DNA of 64,000 nt from Octopus sinensis (taxonomy: Eukaryota), in NCBI RefSeq assembly GCF_006345805.1, contig NC_043011.1, positions 27,664,464-27,728,463 of the forward strand, read 5' to 3'. Below the pieces are notes generated by a model that saw nothing but the letters and a program-made list of their open reading frames with translations, did not search any database and was not told the DNA's origin. Positions 55,898 to 64,000 of this stretch are shown here, in pieces. A program made the position numbers and the translations under genes. The first letter of the stretch is position 1, and each line of letters begins with the position of its first letter.

Positions 55898-56294
55898 ACT
55901 ATCAAGATGGCTAATCGCCGGGCGAAATGCTTAGCGGTATTTCGTCTGTCGTTACGTTCTGTGTTCTAATTCCGCCGAGGTCGACTTTGCCTTTCATCCT
56001 TTCGGGGTCGATAAATAAAGTACCAGTTACGCACTGGGGTCGGTGTAATCGACTTAATCTCTTTGTCTGTCCTTGTTTCTCCCCTCTATGTTTAGCCCTT
56101 GTGGGCAATAAAGAAATAGGTATTTCGTCTGCCGCTACGTTCTGAGTTCAAATTCCACCGAGGTCAATTTTGCCTTTCATCCTTTCGGGCTCGATTAAAT
56201 AAGTACCAGTTACGCACTGGGGTCGATGTAATCGACTTAATCTGTTTGTCTGTCTTCTCTGTGTTTAGCCCCCTGTGGACAATAAAGAAAAATA
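55898..56294 (+). mobile_element. SINE family B tandem dimer with 19-bp TSD
   Basis: Direct repeat AATATTGATTCATTCTGTG at 55879-55897 and 56295-56313. Same internal junction as the minus-strand dimer. Confidence 0.88.
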
Positions 56295-56959
56295 AATATT
56301 GATTCATTCTGTGCGAAAATGCCGCACGCTAAGTGACTAATATAATGGGCCTGTAATCTCTCTCAACCTCCGAAACATTACATTTTCTACTCCCCACTAT
56401 AAGTTCATTGGACTTGTTTATGTCTTTTTTATTACCAGGGACCACACACACGTCTGTATAAACACGCACAGAAATTATTAAGATGCCAGAAATAAATATA
56501 AACATTGCCAGAAATAAGTCAAAACAACTCTTAGCCTCGTGAGAGCACTTTTCTAACGACTGACAAGATCCGTACAGCCAGTGAGGTGAAGTAATGTCCG
56601 CACTAATTTCAGATTTGATTAATCTTGATCTGTGACCCATTACACCGTCCTCGAGTGTCAGAAACTTTACTCACCTTGTCAGTCTTATAAAGAACAGGAT
56701 AGGAAACATTTTGAAAATAGTGAAGTGGGAATTATAAATTATTAAAGAGGATATTCGCAATTTACAACTGAAAGGCAACATATACAATTGTCACACACAG
56801 ACACACAGACAAACACACATACACACACACAGACACACACACAAAGACACACACACACACACACACACAAACACACAAACACACACAGACACACAAACAC
56901 ACACACATACCCACACACACTCACACACAGTGATCAAATGTTTGTGCTCACATAAGTTC

Positions 56960-57240
56960 ACTCTCCATCAAATCGGCATTACCTATACATGTGCACCTCG
57001 TGTGCCAAATTTCCAAAAACCACCGAGGCAAAACTGAAGGCAGGCGTATTCATAGGTCGGCAGATAAAAGAACTCCTGAAGGACAACCACTTCCTCACAG
57101 CACTGGATGAGATTGAGCTTAAAGCATGGGGATGCTTCAAATGGCTCTGTGAAAACTTCCTAGGCAACAAGACGACGAGATGGTCGTAGAGCAACGTGAA
57201 ATGAAGAGGTTTGCACATGAACAGAATGAAATGCCCGGGC
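56960..57240 (+). mobile_element. Chapaev3-like (CMC) transposase fragment
   Basis: KFPKTTEAKLKAGVFIGRQIKELLKD..F...L...ELKAW..FK....NFLGN resembles the recalled KFPxLSxAKxKxGxFxGPQIR...NFLGN motif. Confidence 0.7.
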
Positions 57241-57386
57241 TCGCAATCGTGATTGCAACACTTGAACCACTAAAATATGCGCCTGTGTGTGTGAGAGAGT
57301 CTGTCTGTCTGTCTTTCTGTCTATCTGTGTGTTTGTCTGTGCGCGTGTCTGTGTGTGTGTGAGTCTGTGTGTGTGTGTCTGTGCGT

Positions 57387-57418
<32 letters not shown>

Positions 57419-58060
57419 ATGCGTATTAACATTTGTAAGCACATACATAATAAATGTATATAATCGAAGAAATTGACTGCGAAAAATCATTATAATCTTA
57501 TGCTGTTAGGATTAGAATTACTACTTTACAATAACAACACACGCGCACTCACGTTATACTCATTCCTATTAACAAAGGAGGCATTTCTGTTCTTTTCAAA
57601 GACGTATATTCCCTTTACTCATTCACCCTATCCATTGCATTACCATGCGAATTAGTTGAATAATCTGTACACACGAGTGTCCTGCACGTAATACCATAGC
57701 CTTTTGAATCACGACTCATAATCTTCCGAGAGTTTTCCACACAATTTCCTTTTGTTGAAATCCATTTACTTGGGGTAGGTGATCCTACATCATGGAAAAG
57801 AACATTCGTATAAAAGGCCATGACTTAGAATCGATCCAAACGTCTTCTAAGAAAGCGAAATTCTTAAGTTATAAAGACAACTTCTAAATCACTTAACTAT
57901 GCCGGCACTGATTTGAATTCCAGACTTAAATGTATCGAATTTCATTAAAAGTTAGAATACGTCTTCACAAGTTGACATGAAGTGAAATCCTATTTAAGAC
58001 GTGACAAATAGAAATCGAATGTCTTAATACTTCGACCACACACACACACATAAATACACA

Positions 58061-58096
<36 letters not shown>

Positions 58097-58254
58097 CAAA
58101 TTACGATGAACGTAAAAAACAAACGAAGTTTGCTTTAGAAGCGTTGAGATGTCTAAGAAAGTTAAAAGAGTGATTTTAAATTCTCAAACGCAGGATAATG
58201 CTAATAATATAGCCTGAACAGGATAGGTTACACCTATTTTGCAGAAAAAAGTGT

Positions 58255-58333
58255 TGGCGGCCGGCTATGAGACTCGAACTCACACCTCCGTGATTACGCA
58301 TCGTGGTGCTCTGAACCATTAAGCTAAACCACC
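58255..58333 (-). tRNA. tRNA-like element or pseudogene (Thr-CGT-like, non-canonical)
   Basis: GGTGGTT-TA-GCTT AATGGTTCA GAGC-A-CCACGA TGCGTAA TCACGG-AGGT-GTGAG TTCGAGT CTCAT-AGCCGGC. A and B boxes present, T6 just downstream, anticodon arm over-long and mismatched. Confidence 0.55.
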
Positions 58334-58426
58334 CACACACATTTATATAATTACTTATATATATATATACATATATATGTGTATGCATGTGTGTGTATGT
58401 ATACATGTGGGTATATATATATATAC

Positions 58427-58458
<32 letters not shown>

Positions 58459-58459
58459 G

Positions 58460-58900
58460 AATGTGTCCTTGGTGTAACATTAAGCTGATTCTGGTAATGG
58501 GGCTCTGATTCAAGAGTCCCAGGGTTTCGAGTAGTGTTCTCAACTACTGTTCTCTGGTCTACTCTGCTCCAGAGCATTAGTACTTGTCAGGATCTCCGAC
58601 AATCTATCTCAACTGGGGATACACTAATACCGTTCGTTGGAGTCAGGGCACCTTGCAAAACCACCTGGAGTGAGGGACGATAAGATGTCCTCACATCATC
58701 CTTTTAGGAGAATGACAATCCGATGTAAAAACCTACGTTTTTAGATGATCTTTGGTCATATTGGTTCGGCCTGTCACTCGGAGCAGTTGGAAGTGTACAG
58801 TAATTTGCAACTTTCTTCTGTCACTTCTGGTTCAACGCATGCAGATCTTCAACGAGACTGAATAGACATCTGAGAGGTTAAGTACGGTAAGTCAGAAATG
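58460..58900 (-). mobile_element. possible highly decayed RTE-type LINE 3' end
   Basis: GC-richer island ending cagcttaatgttacaccaaggacac at (TA)n. Protein motifs are only faint. Confidence 0.35.
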
Positions 58901-59937
58901 CTATTGACAATAATGAAACAAGAAAAGACATCAGTCCTCTGTGACGATGGAGCAACTACCATGTGTGATTAATACATTAATACCGACGCACTTAAATGGA
59001 CAGATACACCCAGTACACAGAGACGCACTCAAATATATGTGTGTATGTATGTATGCATGTGTGTATGTATGTATATATGTATGTATGTATGTTTGTATGT
59101 ATGCATGTATGTATGTATGTATGTGAGAGTGCATCTGTGGGCGAGGGGTAGAGAGCAAGCAGATGGTTGAAACTCTATAGTGTGTAATATGTGAAAGGAA
59201 TGTGAGGAGAATGGACATTGCAAAAATAACAAACTATTTGATTGGAGATTGCGTACGTCAACACAAAAAGTAATTGGATGAAGAAAATTAATGATATAAG
59301 TGCAGACGAAAATAAATAAATTCTGAGAAAAAATATTTGAAACTAGATATATAGAAAAGAGCTAATATATTAAACTTGTTTTTACGAAAATTAGAAGCTG
59401 AAAAAATACTCATTTCATCGAAGATATATCTTATATAAAGTTGTCACTTCATTGAGAAACATTGTTATTATGGAAACCAAAACGAGAATGTTGTGGTCGT
59501 TACCCTACTTGTAAATAACAGTAGGATATCATTCAAATTTCAGACTTATCTTAAATAAAGGAAAATTTGGAAGTTCTAAAGTCATGATGGTTTCTTTATT
59601 TTGTAATGTCGGGTTTCATAAACCGAATAATTCCTATTGCACACTGGATTAGAGTTTAGAGTGTTGAAGATATTTAAATGGTATAGAAGCAAGTATTTTG
59701 GTCTGGAAGGAAGTTCATGAAGAATATCAAGTAACTTCGATAGCAATGCCCGATGTAAAATATATTTAAGATATTGTAATGTCGAAGTACCGTTACCGTA
59801 ATGGCCTCTACTGCTTCCTGGTATTTGGCTGTATTCATATCATCTCCACTCATACGTTTCCTATTCACTCGTCTCTTCTCCTCTCATTACCCTTATTGTG
59901 CTAATACTCCTTGGCATCGCATTATTTCCCACGTCTG

Positions 59938-60150
59938 AAGGCTGCGAGCTGGCAGAATTTTTAGCGCGCTGGATGGAATGCTTAGCAGTATTTCACCTCT
60001 CACTACGTTCTGAGATCAAATTCCGCCGAGGTCGACTTTACCTTTCATTCTTTCGGGGTTGATAAATGAAGTACCAACAGAGCACTGGGGTCGATGTAAT
60101 CGACTATCCCAACCCCCAAATTCCAGGCCTTGTGTCTATAATAGAAAGGA
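59938..60150 (+). mobile_element. SINE family B
   Basis: aaggctgcgagctggcagaa...aaattccgccgaggtcgacttt...ggggtcgatgtaatcgact. Confidence 0.85.
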
Positions 60151-61273
60151 TTATCTCCTACGTCGAGTTTTCCTTTCCCAAATAACGGCAGTCTGAAACT
60201 TTTGTCTGACCCTTTTTTAAATTTATTTTTGTCACAAGTGTTCACTTGCAATGGTTCAAAAGCAGCATTAATGGCATTTGTCTTCCAGTCCTTGCTAAAC
60301 CTGGAAAAGCCATGGGCATGCGATTTTCTCCAGGTAGAAAATGTGCAAAAAGAAATTAATAAACTTTACTTGCCATTACATTACTTAGCCCGTCGGTAAC
60401 GCTTTTACGTGATTAGAGAAAAAGAGGGAGAAAGAAAAGAGTGGGGAGGAAAAAGAGGAAGGGAGAAAAGAAGGAGAGAAGCGTCTATGATGTGAGTTAG
60501 AGGGAATGTAATTGTAACACTTTTATGAGATTAGTTGAAGTGGAAGAAAGGAGAAAGAAAATGGAGAAAGAGGATAAGACGAAGAATGAGACAGAAATAG
60601 GGAAAAAGAAAAAGAGGAAAAGAGAAGCGTCTATGACGTGATGTAGGGAGAGCATAACATTTAGTATGTGGTTAAAAAGTTACTTGAAGGTATTTATCTA
60701 GAGGAGGAGAGTTAAAAATATAATTTTAGCAGAGGGGTGGTATTCTGATGGTGAGGTTTAAGAAAGGCAGATAGAGAGAGGGTATATATAGAGAGAGAAA
60801 TAGAGAGGAGATAGAGAGAAAGAAAGCGAATGAGCGAGGGGTGACAGATGATCATGGTTGTAGTGGAGATGGTGGTGGTGGTGGTGTTGATTGGATAGTG
60901 AAATATGTATTTTTTTAATTGAACTAATTTTTTTATATCACCTATCACTTAACCCATGCACATAAATGCAATTCCGTGAAATATTCACGCTTATTTTCGC
61001 GGCAGATATATGCAATTCAACTAAAGATTGTATCATATGTACGGGATATTTTATTTTTGCTTGTGGAAACAGTGGAAAAATAAGAGTGAATATTTATTTT
61101 ATGAGTGCAATGTATTAAGTCTATAAAATTGTGCATAAATTATATAAACAATATACATAAACTGCATTAGGCAATCACCGTTTTCCAATTTCCATAAAGA
61201 TGCAACACAGGATACGCCTTCATGTTTTATGGATAAAGTTTTCAGAAATAACCCAATAGTTTAACCATTAGTT

Positions 61274-61300
61274 CCGTGAAATATTCACGGGTCCCGCAAG
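61274..61300 (+). mobile_element. Helitron-like 3' terminus (second family)
   Basis: Hairpin CCGTGAAATATTCACGG followed by gtcccgCAAGt (CTAG-like). Hairpin repeated near 60974. Confidence 0.5.
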
Positions 61301-62109
61301 TATTACACAAATTCAATTGTTCTGAAGCGTATAGAAACTAATGGCTTAGTTTTTAGTCTTGGTGAGATAAGGTGCCAAAGAAAAAGCATCATTTCGCCGC
61401 TTTTGCTGTATGTAATTCGCTTACAGCCTACAGCCAAAACATCATTATTTCCCTGTTCATTAGATTATATATTCTAAACAATAAGTACATTACTTAAATA
61501 GTTCCCGTCTACCAGGAATGACTTCTAAGAATCTTATAAAAGACCCACTTACCGTATCAACTGTTATTAATGAGCCAGTTCCGCAAATTCTAACACGAGA
61601 AATATAGCCTAATCGTTGAAGAAAAATAGTAAGTTATTTATAAGATCGCTGCAAAGCCTTACATATTTTTTAAGAAACATTATTTGATGTTGATATTGTT
61701 GACATTGTTTGATTATTAGCGAAAGTTCAGGCCTGAATATGAGGCATTTAAGTTTAAACTGATTATCCCTTCTTTGTTTCGATGTACTGTATTTAGCATT
61801 ATATGTATATAATTCAATGTGTATTTAGACAATGAATATTATTCAATGAGTCCACCGACATATGAGGGGTTGGAGATATGGTCGCAGTTAGTATTAGATT
61901 AAACAACCACGCAGGGTTTATTTTTTTGGGAAGTTTTCTTACCAGAACATGTGGTAAGATGTTTAACCTACAGGCATATGAAACATTTGAATAGAAAATA
62001 TGCTGAAATTTCACATCTGTTGTTCTTTTATTATCCCTATCATGTTTAACACAGCAATTTGACTGTAGAATTTAACGGAATGTCAGTTGTTCAAAACCAG
62101 TTGAATAGT

Positions 62110-62260
62110 TTAACTGTCCTCATTTAGATTTTCGAGAACTCTGCGGGCGAGTATTCCTGCAGTTTCAAGCAATAGTGTATTCTGTAGCTGCTCTATCTTT
62201 ACACTTATCACTATCTTTTCCAACCAGTTCGTGAGCTTGGTACTTATATAGTAGAATAGC
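62110..62260 (-). mobile_element. R4/Dong-like LINE extreme C-terminus
   Basis: KLTNWLEKIVISVKIEQLQNTLLLETAGILARRVLE resembles LQKxxLLGTARILRKVL. Confidence 0.65.
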
Positions 62261-63169
62261 ACAGCATTTAATTCTAGGTATGAACCCGAATTATCCGCAA
62301 TAAATGAGACAATACCAAAGGTATCAACTAACAGCGTCAACAATAAGATGACGAGTACAGCTATAATTTACTCCACCATTCCACTACCGCCACCATTTTA
62401 TCAAGAAACTTTATGATAGAGGAAAACAAAAACATAAAGAACAGCAGCGTCAACAACTTAAACGGTAACGATATTTCCATTGTGAATAACAGGGATAACA
62501 ATTGTAACGACATCATAGAGCTTTATAAGATGGATGTACTACAGAAGGATATGTGCCTGGCCCAAGCGCCCAAACTGATATCGCTGGAAAAATCGCGGTC
62601 GGACATTGCCACACCCATCCCGTGGTGTTGGCAGAAACACATAAAAACCGTAATTTATAAATGTGTTTCTGTAAACACCAAGCGGCTGGAGTCAGCTAGA
62701 CTGGCAGATGTGGTATGTACAGCACTGAAAGAGATTATGCTTGACTTTCAACATATCTCGAGAACCAGGACTGAAGCTGTTGCCGCCGGACAGTCCGTGG
62801 TTCCCTGTTGGGGCAAAAAATATATGCTCCACCCATAGTATTTTGGAAGGAAGTCGGAGCGAATAACGATTTCAGGGACATTTCTGAAGCTAAATTTAAT
62901 GTGGATTTTAGTGTATTGTTTTGGAGAGGAATAATAGCCTGCTGTATGTGAAGCGGACCCCTCATGAAAATTGGTCAGGGATCAATGTACAAGTGCTACT
63001 CCACATTAAATCAGATACGGTCTACAAGATCTCAGGCATTATTTGCTCCCTGGTCGAGAAGAGCTTCGTGTTAGGTTAAGGTTAGAAATCCACGGGGCCA
63101 CCTGCGTAGGGAGATAGGCCTCTTAAGAACTTTCTGTCCCCAACAGAAATCAGGGAACCATAAAACCGT

Positions 63170-63568
63170 GTTACTGCTAACACCGGGTCAACAAAAGCTT
63201 CAACAACTAAACCAGCAACGCTCAACAACAAAAACGGCAGCAACCTCAGCGGTGACAACTCCAACAACAACAGGAACACCAAAAGCAGCAAATGCTGGAA
63301 GAACACTAAAATCAACAGAAAGAGCAACAACAGCGACACCAGTAATAATAGCAGCACCAGCAGCCGTTCAAGAATTTGGACCTGAAGATCTCTATTTCCA
63401 GCGACTTCGAGGGCCACCCCCCAGTGGTGTCGGGCGTCAACGAAGAGTTCTCAACTACAACAAGGCGACCAAAGTTTTTTTTCCAAGGTCTAGGGTCTCC
63501 CGCACCTAAGCCCTAGACTATCACCTAATCACCCTTACCCGTCTTGTTGCTTAACAACAAATACAACG

Positions 63569-63604
<36 letters not shown>

Positions 63605-63670
63605 GCACCAGCAAGAGCAACGCCGGCAGCACCAACAACAACACCAACAGATGTACTACCACTTTCTTCA
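63170..63670. repeat. (ACA/GCA)n-rich low-complexity region
   Basis: Seen directly. Perfect (ACA)n at 63570-63604. Confidence 0.75.
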
Positions 63671-64000
63671 ACAGCAAAATGAGTAATGACAACGGTCACA
63701 CTTAGGCTCTCTCCCAACTGAGCTCTCATCTCCCTCCCACTGAATGTAAATACGTACATAAACTCGAATCCCGATTCCATAGATACGGATACCTCTGCAT
63801 CACTCTATAAAAATCAGGGGGAATCCCAAAACCAAAGAAACCAAAACGAAAACACACACACAAAAAATAAAATAAAACATAATACACTACTCTAATATTT
63901 ACAGCAAAAAATACATAGAAAACATAACTACAAAGACAGAAACACACTTACAGTATCACCAACCTCTCAACCACTGCGATCATCAACACATTCACCGCTA

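Noticed and set aside
55195-56313. Repeated units resembling a CRISPR-like or tRNA gene array
   Set aside because: The units are dispersed SINE copies with no unique spacers, the context is eukaryotic, and the heads do not fold as complete tRNAs.
62413-63509. ORFs 62413-62838 and 63168-63509 as host exons
   Set aside because: No recognisable domain and low complexity. Only a faint resemblance to decayed Tx1/L1-type LINE sequence.

Overview
AT-rich eukaryotic intergenic or intronic DNA with no convincing host protein-coding exon. The SINE families and the density of (TA)n, (CA)n and (TATC)n microsatellites suggest a cephalopod, probably Octopus (inference). Most entries in the ORF track are microsatellite artefacts. 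The window is a nested transposon graveyard: Penelope-like elements (RT and GIY-YIG remnants), a near-full-length CR1-group LINE with an inverted 3' end, RTE and R4/Dong-type LINE pieces, mariner, Tc1, Tigger and Chapaev-like DNA transposon remnants, several MITEs, tandem non-autonomous Helitrons, and three tRNA-derived SINE families. The strongest signal missed by the ORF track is RNA structure. About 18 type I hammerhead ribozyme motifs from many unrelated sequence families can be folded by eye, about 9 with an intact CUGANGA/GAAA core and most with a tiny palindromic stem III. They lie in short Penelope-type 3' ends next to (TA)n tracts, and four occur in fold-back inverted repeats. Coordinates were read manually, so the ends of decayed elements are approximate.
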